A stretch of DNA of 64,000 bases from Deltaproteobacteria bacterium (GTDB lineage Bacteria; Desulfobacterota; DSM-4660; Desulfatiglandales; HGW-15): positions 4,434-68,433 of the forward strand of contig JAFDEF010000007.1 of assembly GCA_019310485.1 (NCBI GenBank). Direction: 5' to 3'. Below are positions 46,983 through 56,870 of this stretch, piece by piece. Each line of letters opens with the position of its first letter. The first letter of the stretch is position 1. A model generated the notes under the pieces. It was not told where the DNA came from, ran no database searches, and saw only the letters and a list, made by a program, of their open reading frames with translations. A program made the translations under genes and the position numbers.

Positions 46983-47696
46983 GTGAACAGGGAAAGCAAT
47001 ATGGTGGAGCTCTGCAGGAAGCTTGGCTACGAATTCCAAGACCCCGACTTGTTGGCAGAAGCCCTCAGGCACGCCTCATATGTGAATGAAGTTGGAGATG
47101 CAAGGCTAAGAGACAACGAGCGACTTGAATTTCTTGGGGATGCCGTGCTGGATTTGGCGATAAGCCACATTCTCATGGAGCTTTTTCCTGATGCGAAAGA
47201 GGGGGATTTATCCAAGCTTAGGGCCTCCGTTGTGAACGAAAAAGGACTATCAATGGTTGCTGCTGAACTGGACCTAGGGAGTCATCTTTTGTTGGGAAAA
47301 GGAGAGGAACACACGGGTGGCAGGCAAAAAACCTCAATCCTTGCTGATACTCTGGAGGCTTTGCTCGGGGCCATATACATGGATGGTGGGTTTGCGAAGG
47401 CCATGCAGATTATCCGCAAACTTTTTCTTACATATATAGAGGGACTTAGTTCACGGAGCCTCGATGGTGATTTCAAGAGCCTGCTCCAGGAATTTACCCA
47501 AGAGGCATACAAAACCAGGCCGGAATATGAGCTGGTGGGGGAAAGCGGCCCCCCACATCAAAAGATATTCACCGTGGCACTTCGCATTGGGGGAAAGTTT
47601 GTAGCAAAAGGCGAGGGCAAAAGCAAGAAGGAGGCTGAACAGCGAGCGGCAAAGGAGGCTTTCTTTTGTTTGAACAAAGAAAGAAGAAACCGCTGA
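46983..47696 (+). CDS. rnc: Ribonuclease III
   Basis: Signature ERLEFLGDAVL and a C-terminal dsRBD (KSLLQEFTQ...GEGKSKKEAEQRAAKEA). GTG at 46983 with GGAGG upstream; the ATG at 47001 is an alternative start. Confidence 0.9.
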   Translation: MNRESNMVELCRKLGYEFQDPDLLAEALRHASYVNEVGDARLRDNERLEFLGDAVLDLAISHILMELFPDAKEGDLSKLRASVVNEKGLSMVAAELDLGSHLLLGKGEEHTGGRQKTSILADTLEALLGAIYMDGGFAKAMQIIRKLFLTYIEGLSSRSLDGDFKSLLQEFTQEAYKTRPEYELVGESGPPHQKIFTVALRIGGKFVAKGEGKSKKEAEQRAAKEAFFCLNKERRNR

Positions 47697-48700
47697 TTGT
47701 GCCGATTTTCATCCCAAGCGAGGGTTGCCCCTATAGGTGCGTATACTGTGATCAAGAAAAAATAACGGGGCAAGCACCGCAGATTGGCCCTGATGGTATT
47801 AGAAAGCGTTTGGAACTTGCAATACGCTCCCCTGGTTATGACAGGCAAAGGGAACCGGAAGTTGCCTTCTATGGCGGTACTTTTACAAATCTCTCTTTAG
47901 GGCGGATGTACGCTCTGCTGGGCGCTGTAAGGCCTTACCTGAGAAGTGGACTTTTCAAGTCCGTAAGAGTATCAACCAGGCCTGATGCAATAGACAAGGA
48001 GGGGCTTGACCTGTTAATGCGACTGGGGGTAGACACGGTGGAACTGGGCGCTCAGTCCCTGGATAACGAGGTTTTGCAACTTTCCAGGCGGGGATACACT
48101 TCCAGGGAGGTGATAGAGTCAATCCAACTTTTGAAGCAGCGAGGATTCAAAGTGGGTGTACAGTTGATGCCGGGGCTACCCGGGGATACGGCTTCAAAGT
48201 TCTTGAGGGGCATAGAAAAGGTAATTGCCGTCAGGGCTGACATGGTTAGGTTATATCCCACCCTGGTTATCCGCGGCACGGCCTTGGCCACCTGGTACCA
48301 AAGTAAAAAGTATAAACCTTGGAGTCTGCAAGATGCGGTAAGAATATGTAGCGAAAGTTGCCTTAGGCTGGAGCAGGCGGGGATACCCGTTATAAGAATC
48401 GGACTGATGTCTTCTCCCGGCCTGCTTAATAGGGGGGAGATAATAGCCGGTCCGTGGCATGAATGCTTCGGTTTTTTGGTTCGCTCGGAGATCTACCACA
48501 GAAAAATTGAAAAGTACCTTCCTGCACCAGGAGCGGCACAGGGAATCACGCTGAGGGTCTGTCCGAGGGAGATCCCTCTGGCCAGGGGATATAAAAACCT
48601 TGGGCTGAAACGCATTGAGCGAAAAACCGGCGCAAAGGTAGTGCGCGTGCGCGCAGAAAAATCTTTTCGACCTGGAATGATCGAGGTTGAAATGAAATGA
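47666..48700 (+). CDS. Radical SAM protein (ELP3-like core without GNAT domain)
   Basis: CPYRCVYCDQ (CxxxCxxC) near the N-terminus. Sits in the rnc - radical SAM - era arrangement. Start uncertain: the ORF-track start is a TTG that overlaps rnc. Confidence 0.75.
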   Translation: MFEQRKKKPLIVPIFIPSEGCPYRCVYCDQEKITGQAPQIGPDGIRKRLELAIRSPGYDRQREPEVAFYGGTFTNLSLGRMYALLGAVRPYLRSGLFKSVRVSTRPDAIDKEGLDLLMRLGVDTVELGAQSLDNEVLQLSRRGYTSREVIESIQLLKQRGFKVGVQLMPGLPGDTASKFLRGIEKVIAVRADMVRLYPTLVIRGTALATWYQSKKYKPWSLQDAVRICSESCLRLEQAGIPVIRIGLMSSPGLLNRGEIIAGPWHECFGFLVRSEIYHRKIEKYLPAPGAAQGITLRVCPREIPLARGYKNLGLKRIERKTGAKVVRVRAEKSFRPGMIEVEMK

Positions 48701-49581
48701 CATTTCTCTCCGGCTTTGTTGCTATCGTAGGGCCTCCGAATGTTGGAAAATCCACCTTGTTGAACAGGGTGCTTGGCACAAAAGTGGCAATAATCTCGCC
48801 TAAACCCCAAACCACCAGGAATCGCATAATAGGGATTTATCATGGGGAGCAATATCAGATTGTTTTTATGGACACGCCCGGCATTCATAAAACTCGTAGT
48901 CTCCTCCACAAAAGCATGGTCACGTCAGCGAAGGCTGCTTTCAAAGAGGTGGACATAGTGGTGGTAATGATTGAATTGCCTTCTCCGGACCCTCCTGAAA
49001 TCTCAATGATTTTGGCAAACCTGAAGACAGTAAGAAAACCTGCTGTCCTGGTCGTAAATAAGATTGATCTGAAACAAAGAAAGAGTATTTTACCCGTTAT
49101 AGAAACCTACAAAGACCGCTATCCATTCAAGACCATTATCCCGATATCAGCCCTGAGAGGAGAAGGGGTGGAAGTGCTTCTGGAAGAATTGAAAGCACTT
49201 CTCAAGCCTGGCCCCGCATTTTTTCCGCCTGAGATGAAAACAGATCAACCCGAGTCTTTTCTGGTATCAGAGATAATAAGGGAGAAAATATACCTGCTGA
49301 CCAAGAAGGAACTGCCTTATGCTTGTGCAGTAAACGTTGAACTTATGGAAGAGGTGCCTGAAAAAAATTTTTTGCGTATTTCAGCGAAAATTCACGTGGA
49401 ATCTGAATCACAGAAAAAGATCTTGATAGGGCGGGGAGGCAGGATGATAAGGGACATTGGCCAGGCGGCGAGGCTTGAAATGGAGAAGATATTTGGAGCA
49501 CGTGTTTATTTGGATCTTCTGGTCAGGGTCGAGAAAAACTGGACCAGAGATGCAAAAGCACTCAGAAGACTTGGATATTAA
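48697..49581 (+). CDS. era: GTPase Era
   Basis: G1 (GPPNVGKST), G3 (DTPG), G4 (NKID) and a C-terminal KH domain. Confidence 0.95.
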   Translation: MTFLSGFVAIVGPPNVGKSTLLNRVLGTKVAIISPKPQTTRNRIIGIYHGEQYQIVFMDTPGIHKTRSLLHKSMVTSAKAAFKEVDIVVVMIELPSPDPPEISMILANLKTVRKPAVLVVNKIDLKQRKSILPVIETYKDRYPFKTIIPISALRGEGVEVLLEELKALLKPGPAFFPPEMKTDQPESFLVSEIIREKIYLLTKKELPYACAVNVELMEEVPEKNFLRISAKIHVESESQKKILIGRGGRMIRDIGQAARLEMEKIFGARVYLDLLVRVEKNWTRDAKALRRLGY

Positions 49582-49583
49582 TA

Positions 49584-49619
49584 AAAAAACCAACCTAGGG
49601 AGCATGGGTTGGTTTTTTC
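49584..49619. terminator. Intrinsic terminator after era, possibly bidirectional
   Basis: AAAAAACCAACC...GGTTGGTTTTTT: a GC-poor but long stem flanked by an A-run and a T-run. Confidence 0.7.
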
Positions 49620-49899
49620 TTTAGGAGGAAAGAGTTGATTTAGCTTTTGCCTTTTCTACTAAGCAAAATCCTTGCCAAAAGTGAACATCTCTTGTAGAAA
49701 GCGCGTAAGGTACTGTTCTTAATGCTATATTCTCTTGGTATTCTCCCTCTCTGATTGTCATGGTTTTTGGGGCCGAGTACAAAATTTTGTACCTCAAATT
49801 GCCTGCTGCGAAATTGCCTCATCTAAGCATCTGAATTTACAGAGAGATCCGGAGTCCAAAAAATTTGACCACCAAGCAAAGTTGCTGGACCTCAAATGC

Positions 49900-51264
49900 T
49901 CAGCACAGCTTATATTTTTTCATCTTGTGCTGCATCAAGCTCTTAGTTATTCCAAGCATCTCTGCTGCATGAGCCTGGACATTATTGCACTGTTTAAGAG
50001 CGCGCCGGATTAGCTTTTCTTCAATTATTTCAAGTGTTGGGTGAAGTGGGGCATCAGGTGGAATAAAACCCTCAACGTTTAGCTCCTCCGGAGTGTTGGA
50101 GAATTCAGGGGGCAGGTCTTTGAGTTGTATTGGGCCGCCGGAGCTCAGAACAACCGCCCTTTCAATTACGTTTTCAAGCTCTCTAACATTTCCCGGCCAG
50201 CTATAAGAGTAGAGAGCCTGCCAAGTTTCAGGGGCGAGCTCAATCTTTTCTTTGCCTTCATCCTCCCCGTATTTCTCAATGAAGTGTTTCGCGAGAAGGC
50301 GAATATCCTCTTTTCGCTCCCTGAGCGGAGGGACCTCAACATGAATCACGTTGAGCCTGTAATATAGATCTTCCCTGAAACGCCCTGCAGCAACATCTTC
50401 TTTCAGGTTCCGGTTTGAGGCTGACAAAACCCTCACATCCACTCTGATCGTTTTTGTTCCTCCTACCCTTTCAAAAGCCATTTCCTGAAGAACTCTGAGC
50501 AGTTTTACCTGAAGAGAAGGGGGCATCTCACCTACCTCATCCAAGAAGAGGGTTCCCTTGTCTGCGAGCTCAAAGCGCCCCTTTTTCATGGCAACTGCTC
50601 CTGTAAATGCCCCTTTCTCGTGGCCGAAAAGCTCGCTTTCAAGAAGGGTCTCAGTAAGCGCACCACAGTTGACAGAGATAAAAGGCCGCTCCATCCTTGC
50701 TCTGTCTTCATAATGAATCGCCCTTGCTATGAGCTCTTTGCCAGTGCCTGAAGGCCCCGTGATGAGAACTGAGGCCTTGGACGGCCCCACTTTCTTTATC
50801 AGTTCGTATATTTCCAGCATAGGCTTGCTCTTACCTATGATATTTCCATACCTGTAGCGTTCAGAAAGAGCCTCGGTCAGCAGCCGGTTCTCTTTTATGA
50901 GGCGGTAGTTTTCAAGGGCCTTCTTCACCGTAAGCTTGAGTTCCTCGTTTCGAAACGGCTTGGTAACATAATCGTATGCCTGTTTTTTCATGGCCTCAAC
51001 CGCCATCTCGATTGTGCCGTATGCCGTCATCATGATAACAGGCAGATCGGGTTTTATCCTTTTGGAGGCTTCCAGCAGCTCCATGCCGCTCATCCCCGGC
51101 ATCTTCATATCCGTAATGACTAGGTCCAAATCTGAGTCCTCAATCAAGCGAAGCGCACTCCGCGCATTGTCCGCTGTAAGGATTTCATACCCTTCAGGGC
51201 CCAAGAGCGCTTCCAGCACCACGAGGTAGTTTTTTTCATCATCAACTATCAGGATCGTTTCCAT
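49900..51264 (-). CDS. Sigma54-dependent response regulator (NtrC family)
   Basis: Receiver domain (DLVITDMKMPGMSG), AAA+ domain (GPSGTGKE, GAFTGA) and a C-terminal Fis-type HTH. Confidence 0.9.
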   Translation of the reverse strand: METILIVDDEKNYLVVLEALLGPEGYEILTADNARSALRLIEDSDLDLVITDMKMPGMSGMELLEASKRIKPDLPVIMMTAYGTIEMAVEAMKKQAYDYVTKPFRNEELKLTVKKALENYRLIKENRLLTEALSERYRYGNIIGKSKPMLEIYELIKKVGPSKASVLITGPSGTGKELIARAIHYEDRARMERPFISVNCGALTETLLESELFGHEKGAFTGAVAMKKGRFELADKGTLFLDEVGEMPPSLQVKLLRVLQEMAFERVGGTKTIRVDVRVLSASNRNLKEDVAAGRFREDLYYRLNVIHVEVPPLRERKEDIRLLAKHFIEKYGEDEGKEKIELAPETWQALYSYSWPGNVRELENVIERAVVLSSGGPIQLKDLPPEFSNTPEELNVEGFIPPDAPLHPTLEIIEEKLIRRALKQCNNVQAHAAEMLGITKSLMQHKMKKYKLC

Positions 51265-51285
51265 GAGACACAGACCTCACTAGGC

Positions 51286-52713
51286 TCACATTGTGCTAGG
51301 TAGCCAAATCTTGACATTAGTTCCTTGCCCTTCCCTGCTCTCCACTGAAATGTTACCGTTGTGGTTTTCAATGATCTTTCGAACAATGGCCAGGCCAAGG
51401 CCTGTTCCTTTTTCTTTAGTAGTAAAAAATGGATCAAAAACCCTTTTCAAGTTCTCCGGACTTATGCCCGAGCCGGTGTCCTGGATCTGCAGCAAATAGC
51501 GATCTTTTTGCTGTTCTACCCGAATGTCGATGGTTCCGCTGCCGTCAATGGACTGAATCGCGTTTATAAGCAGGTTTAAGAGAGCCCTGTAAAGAAGTTC
51601 CTCATCAGCCATAAGCCCAAGCACCTTTTCATCCAGGTTATGCTGAATTTTCACATCCCTTTTTTTCAGCTCGGGCTCCAGGAATAATAGATTCTTCTTA
51701 ATGATTTCTCCAAGATCACAAGGAGCAGGTCTGGGGACCTGAGGCCTTGCAAAATCAAGAAACTCTGTCACGATTCTGTTGAGACGATTTGATTCCTCAT
51801 TAATTACCTCTGAAAGTTTCTTTTGTGTATCAGTCGCCCCTGGCATGGTACTAAGAAGTTCTGCTGTGCTACGAATAATGCCGAGAGGATTCTTTATCTC
51901 ATGGGAAACGCCGGCCACCATCTCCCCCAGCGCTGCCAGGCGTTCTGCCTGGTGGAGCTGTGCTTCAAGTTCCTGCTGCTCCTTCATCCGCTGCTCAATG
52001 ATTCTCTCCGCCTTATGCACTATCAAGAGCAAGGCCAGGAAAATGAGCCCCATTATTAGAATTGAGAGTCCAAATATAAGGTATTGGAACCTGACGATGG
52101 AATGATACTCCTGGCTCACGTCCTGTATCAATTCGAAGATTCCCGCCACATAGCGCTCCCCGGTGAAGGGGTGTATTGCCATAAAAGGGATATAGCTTCT
52201 TATCTTTTTTTGGCTGCCCAGAATCTCTATCCCGAGCCCCAGAAGGTCGTACCTGCTCGAGGTGATTGATGAAAAGCTCTCCCCCATGACAGCCTTCTTG
52301 TACCCAATCGTTTGCCTTGTCTTGTGTCCTATAAGGGAGAGATCAGTGCTGTATGCGATCACGCCCTGGTTAATAGAGTGTATGTTTACAAGATCCACTT
52401 TAAACCCGTGGATGGCGTTCCGGACAACCCGGTCCATCAAATCCTGCTGTTCCTTGTCCCTCAGCCTGATCACCCCGTACTGCCTGGTAACGGGCAGGAC
52501 AAAATCTCTAAAAACCTGCTGGTTCAAGTTTTCACCAACCAGGAGGGCGGAATTTTCATAGCTTTCCAGCAAAGCCTCTTTTGCTTTTTGAGAGATAACC
52601 ACGGAAAAAGGAAAGCTGAAAATTACCAGAACAATAAAGCTGGCAACAGCAAAATATTTCACAAGGCGGAACTGTTTTGGTTTTTGTTTTACACTCTGGG
52701 ATGGGGCTATCAT
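51286..52713 (-). CDS. Sensor histidine kinase
   Basis: Two TM segments flank a periplasmic region. H-box (SHEIKNPL) and ATPase boxes (DTGSGI, GTGLGLAIV). Confidence 0.85.
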   Translation of the reverse strand: MIAPSQSVKQKPKQFRLVKYFAVASFIVLVIFSFPFSVVISQKAKEALLESYENSALLVGENLNQQVFRDFVLPVTRQYGVIRLRDKEQQDLMDRVVRNAIHGFKVDLVNIHSINQGVIAYSTDLSLIGHKTRQTIGYKKAVMGESFSSITSSRYDLLGLGIEILGSQKKIRSYIPFMAIHPFTGERYVAGIFELIQDVSQEYHSIVRFQYLIFGLSILIMGLIFLALLLIVHKAERIIEQRMKEQQELEAQLHQAERLAALGEMVAGVSHEIKNPLGIIRSTAELLSTMPGATDTQKKLSEVINEESNRLNRIVTEFLDFARPQVPRPAPCDLGEIIKKNLLFLEPELKKRDVKIQHNLDEKVLGLMADEELLYRALLNLLINAIQSIDGSGTIDIRVEQQKDRYLLQIQDTGSGISPENLKRVFDPFFTTKEKGTGLGLAIVRKIIENHNGNISVESREGQGTNVKIWLPSTM

Positions 52714-52874
52714 GATAAAAGCTCAGAAATTGTTTTTATTTTATTTTGCCCTTGAAAACCATGGTGAATATGAACACTTAAGTTTTTATAATATACCAGT
52801 TATCTATTGTACGGCAATTGCTAAGTTAGACTTTGACTTCAAAGTTGATAAATTGTTAAAAAGGGTGTCTTTGC

Positions 52875-54185
52875 TTGAAAGGGAGAACAACTCAAATGGT
52901 GGGCAGAAATCTAAAGGATCTTCCCTTTATGCTTTATGCAGACAGCAAGGGCCGGGTATACGAGCACCCCTTTTACAGGATGATCGGATTTTTGGGAGAA
53001 TCTCCTGAAATCGTTAAAGAAGATGATTTGATCCCCATGCCGGAGTACAGCAAGCTTTTTTATCTCCCGAATTGTGCTCCAATGGGGCTTGATCCGGTAA
53101 CTGGGGAAATAAAATCGATTCGTAAAATTGAGGTAGGAGGCGAGGTAACGAAGTGTTATGGTGTTGCAGCCTTTCTCGAGCCAGGCTTTGTCCGTACTCA
53201 TCTTCCTGCTGTTGATTACAGCGAAAAAGGTTACTGCCTACCCATGTGGGCTTACACTGCGGTTGGATTCAAGGATGATAAGTACTGGGTGGCAGGCTTT
53301 AGGATTGAATATAACAAAGCATGGGATCCCCGCTACTTTGATGACAAAGAATTGATTCCTGCCATCCAGAAGTACCAGAGCCGACATGGGGAAGGCCCCC
53401 TTCTAAAACACCTAGTTGGTTGTGCCACGAAGAATCACTGCTTTGCGGCAAAGAATCTGTTTCTTGAAAGATGGGAAGCGCCCATGCCGGTCAGCCAGGC
53501 GTGTAATGCCGAGTGCCTGGGATGCCTCTCGTTTCAAAATGAAGGGTTTTGTGAGCCATCTCATGAGAGAATATCATTCAGACCATCAAAAAAGGAAATT
53601 GTCTCGATTGCCGTAAATCATCTGGAAAAGGCTCCGGCTGCTATCATTAGCTTTGGGCAGGGGTGCGAGGGCGACCCGCTTACAGAGGCCGGGCTCATTG
53701 AAGAGAGCATTGAGGAGATCAGGAAACACACTCCCAGGGGAACTATAAACCTCAACACCAACGGAAGCCAGCCTGAAAAAGTGCGTGCTATAGCTGAAAG
53801 CGGCCTGGATTCCATAAGGATCAGTCTCAATAGCGCCAGAGCGGGTTTTTATCGAGCCTATTACAGGCCAAGGGGATATGACCTGGAAGATGTGATAGAG
53901 TCTATATCTCTTTCAAGGAAGCTCGGGCTTTACACAATGCTGAACTATCTCGTATTTCCGGGAATCACCGACCAGAAAGCGGAAATCAAGGCACTGACCG
54001 ATCTGGTAAAAAAAACAGGGGTTAACTTCATCCACCTAAAAAACCTGAATATCGATCCAGAGCTTTACCTGGAGAAAATGCCGAGGGTGGATTCCCCGGC
54101 AGTCGGCTTGAAAAATATGCTGGCATTGCTGAAGGAGGAATTGCCGTCAGTTGAGTTTGGTTATTTCAATAAAACGGTCCGCTGA
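52875..54185 (+). CDS. Radical SAM protein
   Basis: 436 aa with CNAECLGC (CxxxCxxC) after an N-terminal domain of about 200 aa. The start may be the ATG at 52896. Confidence 0.7.
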   Translation: MKGRTTQMVGRNLKDLPFMLYADSKGRVYEHPFYRMIGFLGESPEIVKEDDLIPMPEYSKLFYLPNCAPMGLDPVTGEIKSIRKIEVGGEVTKCYGVAAFLEPGFVRTHLPAVDYSEKGYCLPMWAYTAVGFKDDKYWVAGFRIEYNKAWDPRYFDDKELIPAIQKYQSRHGEGPLLKHLVGCATKNHCFAAKNLFLERWEAPMPVSQACNAECLGCLSFQNEGFCEPSHERISFRPSKKEIVSIAVNHLEKAPAAIISFGQGCEGDPLTEAGLIEESIEEIRKHTPRGTINLNTNGSQPEKVRAIAESGLDSIRISLNSARAGFYRAYYRPRGYDLEDVIESISLSRKLGLYTMLNYLVFPGITDQKAEIKALTDLVKKTGVNFIHLKNLNIDPELYLEKMPRVDSPAVGLKNMLALLKEELPSVEFGYFNKTVR

Positions 54186-54257
54186 ATGCCCAGGACCATT
54201 GCTCTCACATAGAGATTAACTATGCTCTGGACTAGCGGAGGCAGGCGGGGGCTCTTT

Positions 54258-54790
54258 CTACTGGGCGTCCCTTGGCTTTCCAATACCGTTTACGACATTT
54301 TCGGGATTTTCGCCTGAGCTTACGCGAAGAATATTTTCAAGCGCGGCAGTCAGCATGCGGTTAAAAGCAGGTTTAGTTATGCCTGCAATGTGTGGGGTGA
54401 TCAAAAGCTTGTCCTTTGCTTCAGGAGAAAGATTTAGAAGAGGATGATCTGGGGGTGGTGGCTCTGGAAAGACCGTATCTATCGCAGCCCCGCCCAGCGG
54501 TCCCTTTTCAAGAGCTTGAGCAAGGGCATGGGCATCAATTACCTCTCCGCGGGAGGTGTTAATCAGGAGGGCACAGGACGCATTAGATTGATCTCCTTTC
54601 GCCCTATGAGGAACTTGGTTTCTTCTGTCAAAGGAACATGGAGGCTTAGTGCATCACTGGAGGCAATAAGCTCTTTGAATGGCTTGAAGGTCAACCCTAG
54701 AGCTTTTCCTTCAACCGCGTGAGAATTTAGCAGGATCAGTTCACCGCAGTAATCATTTCCGATGCACTTTAGTTGAGCACTGTTCCCGCA
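54258..54790 (-). pseudogene. Decayed D-isomer-specific 2-hydroxyacid dehydrogenase gene
   Basis: The minus strand encodes an intact C-terminal part (...LLINTSRGEVIDAHALAQALEKGPLGGAAIDTVFPEPPPPDHPLL...ITPHIAGIT...). Near 54570-54580 the frame shifts relative to the upstream piece (SDALSLHVPLTEETKFLIGRKEINLMRP). The GxGxxG region and the N-terminus are missing. Confidence 0.65.
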
Positions 54791-54912
54791 ATCGTGGCTG
54801 ATAACAGGAAAAAATTCGTAGGGCTCGGTTCAAACAAGCTGCTTCTTAGGAGGCGCATCGTAAAAATCCTCGCAGGCCCATTTACCCCGCCCGCAGAAAG
54901 CCACGGCTTTAG

Positions 54913-55026
54913 CCGTGGATGAATGCGCTTAAGGGCGGGCGGGATGTCGTACCACTAAGTCCCCGCCGATTGCGAAGCAATTCGGCGAGACTAAGTGGTG
55001 CCACGGGCTTGCCCGTGGGGCTCCAC
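54913..55026 (-). repeat. Family-3 structured repeat, inverted copy
   Basis: Reverse complement of 30418-30530. Lies between the dehydrogenase remnant and purD. Confidence 0.85.
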
Positions 55027-55253
55027 ATGCCCGGCAGCGCGTTGCAAGGAGGTCCATTCACAAAAGAGATTGCCGCAGTTCTCATTCTTATCTGACAAGT
55101 AGAATGTGGTATTGGGCTGCAGGAGAAGGCCCCTTGTGTTTTTCCAAGCACAGGGTATCGTGAGCATGATGCAATAAACGTACACAGTCCAATAAGCAGG
55201 CGCATGGAATCTAGGAATGAAAAGCTGCTTGGATATAGATAGGATGCAGGGTT

Positions 55254-56612
55254 CTACAAACCAATGGTTTCCCTGAAGCGCATGCAATTTGCATTGTTGT
55301 TATTGTGGTCAAGAAAGATAATCTTTTTTATGTTCCTGTAAGCTTTTTCCCTGGCGCCTTCCAGAGTCTGGTCTCCGGCAATCACGTGTAGAACCCTTCC
55401 GCCGTATGTGACAAGGCCTTTTTGTTCGTCCTCATCCACGCCGGCGAAATAAATGGCGATGCCCTTTCCAATATCGTCGAGGCCCACAATCTTATGCCCT
55501 TTTCCATACCGGCCCGGATATCCCTTGTTCCAGCCCCGCGATGCCTTTGAGCGACCCTCCATAGCAATAACATCCACGTAGTACTGGTTGTTCCACACCT
55601 GTTTGACCTGATCTAGGGTCCCTTCCCACACTGCCATCCCGATTTCAAACAGATCCGTGCTCAGTTTTCTTGCAAGCACTTCCCACTCCGGATCTCCATG
55701 CCGGACGTTAATCTCAAAAACCTCCAGGTTATCGTATGGATCCAGGTTCAGCCCAAAGTAAAGCACTCCCTTGTAAGCCCAGCCCAGCTCGTTGTATATG
55801 GCGTTAACGGTCGGGTTTACTATTTCTTTGATAATTCGGTTCACAAGCCACGGGCTTAAAAGCTTGTGGGGACAATAGCAACCCGTACCCCCTGTATTGA
55901 GGTTTCCGCCGAAGCGTTGAATGGATTCCGTATCGTCAGGGTCAAAGGCGGGTTTGTAGTCCTGCGCAAACATCCTCAGTGGCATAATGTGCTCACCGTC
56001 GAGGTAGGCGAAAAAAGAAATTTCAGTGCCATACTTCCGCTCTTCTATGACGACTTTGTTGCCTGATTGGCCGAATATTTTTTCAACCATTATCTTCTCA
56101 ATAGCTGCTTCAGCCTCAGCGGCATCTTCACACACTATGGCGCCCTTCCCGGCAGCCAGGCCGTTCGCCTTAACAACGACCTGGTAGCCAATATTTCTGA
56201 CATAGGACTTTGCCTTTAAAGGATCTGTAAAAACAGCGTACTCCGGCTTTGGGACCCCTATCTTTTGCAGAAGTTTATCCGTGAACTCTCTATCGCTTTC
56301 CAGCTTCACGAAATCTTTTTTGGGGCCCACAGTGCGTATACCTTTCTCATTGAGGATATCAATCAGGCCCTCCTCCAGAGGGTTTTCTGATCCAACGTCA
56401 ACAAGGTCCACCCCCTTTTCAAGGCAAAATTCTGCAACTCGGTAAAAATCGGCAAGCTTCACCACCTCTATCAGGCCTCTCTTACCCTTTGGCGTGTAAG
56501 CAATGCCCGGGTTCCCCGGACAAATATAGACTTTGTCCACGTGCTGGCTGTCTGCGTAGCTATCAGCCAGGCAGTGGTCTCTACCCCCAGAGCCATAAAC
56601 GAGTACTTTCAT
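55254..56612 (-). CDS. purD: Phosphoribosylamine-glycine ligase
   Basis: 452 aa with the N-terminus MKVLVYGSGGRDHCLA and a PurD ATP-grasp core. AAGGAG SD. Confidence 0.9.
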   Translation of the reverse strand: MKVLVYGSGGRDHCLADSYADSQHVDKVYICPGNPGIAYTPKGKRGLIEVVKLADFYRVAEFCLEKGVDLVDVGSENPLEEGLIDILNEKGIRTVGPKKDFVKLESDREFTDKLLQKIGVPKPEYAVFTDPLKAKSYVRNIGYQVVVKANGLAAGKGAIVCEDAAEAEAAIEKIMVEKIFGQSGNKVVIEERKYGTEISFFAYLDGEHIMPLRMFAQDYKPAFDPDDTESIQRFGGNLNTGGTGCYCPHKLLSPWLVNRIIKEIVNPTVNAIYNELGWAYKGVLYFGLNLDPYDNLEVFEINVRHGDPEWEVLARKLSTDLFEIGMAVWEGTLDQVKQVWNNQYYVDVIAMEGRSKASRGWNKGYPGRYGKGHKIVGLDDIGKGIAIYFAGVDEDEQKGLVTYGGRVLHVIAGDQTLEGAREKAYRNIKKIIFLDHNNNNANCMRFRETIGL

Positions 56613-56691
56613 GGCAAAAAGCTCCTTGCAAAAGAGGTACTATTCACAGCAGATAAGAAGAATCTCCAGGACAAATTCAAAGGATCGTTGA

Positions 56692-56720
56692 AGTATATGG
56701 GAGCCCTCAGCCAGTGTCAA
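56692..56720 (-). promoter_or_regulatory. Sigma70-type promoter for purD
   Basis: On the minus strand, TTGACA, a 17-nt spacer, then TATACT, about 75 nt upstream of the ATG. Confidence 0.5.
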
Positions 56721-56870
56721 GTTTACCGGATCGCAGGTTTTCTAAGTCTTGGAAGAAGTTGTAGTTTTTTATTGTCAATCACAAACTTTTAGGCTTTAAT
56801 AAAGAAAAAAGCGAGCTTATTGGGTTTTTAGTGGCTCCGGCTGTTGCGGGAAAGGCTTTTCACCCATTCT

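Noticed and set aside
49777-49819. Perfect 16-bp palindrome GTACAAAATTTTGTAC (49777-49792), followed by the direct repeat AAATTGCCT-N6-AAATTGCCT (49796-49819), in the gap between era and the sigma54 regulator
   Set aside because: It sits in a convergent, terminator-side intergenic region with no adjacent promoter or gene to regulate. AT-rich palindromes of this size arise by chance. I cannot support a function from sequence alone.
52714-52874. Search for a sigma54 (-24 GG / -12 GC) promoter near the sigma54-dependent regulator, including the divergent radical-SAM gene
   Set aside because: I found no TGGCAC-N5-TTGC-like element with correct spacing, here or in the other intergenic regions I scanned by eye. 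The regulator's target is probably outside the window.
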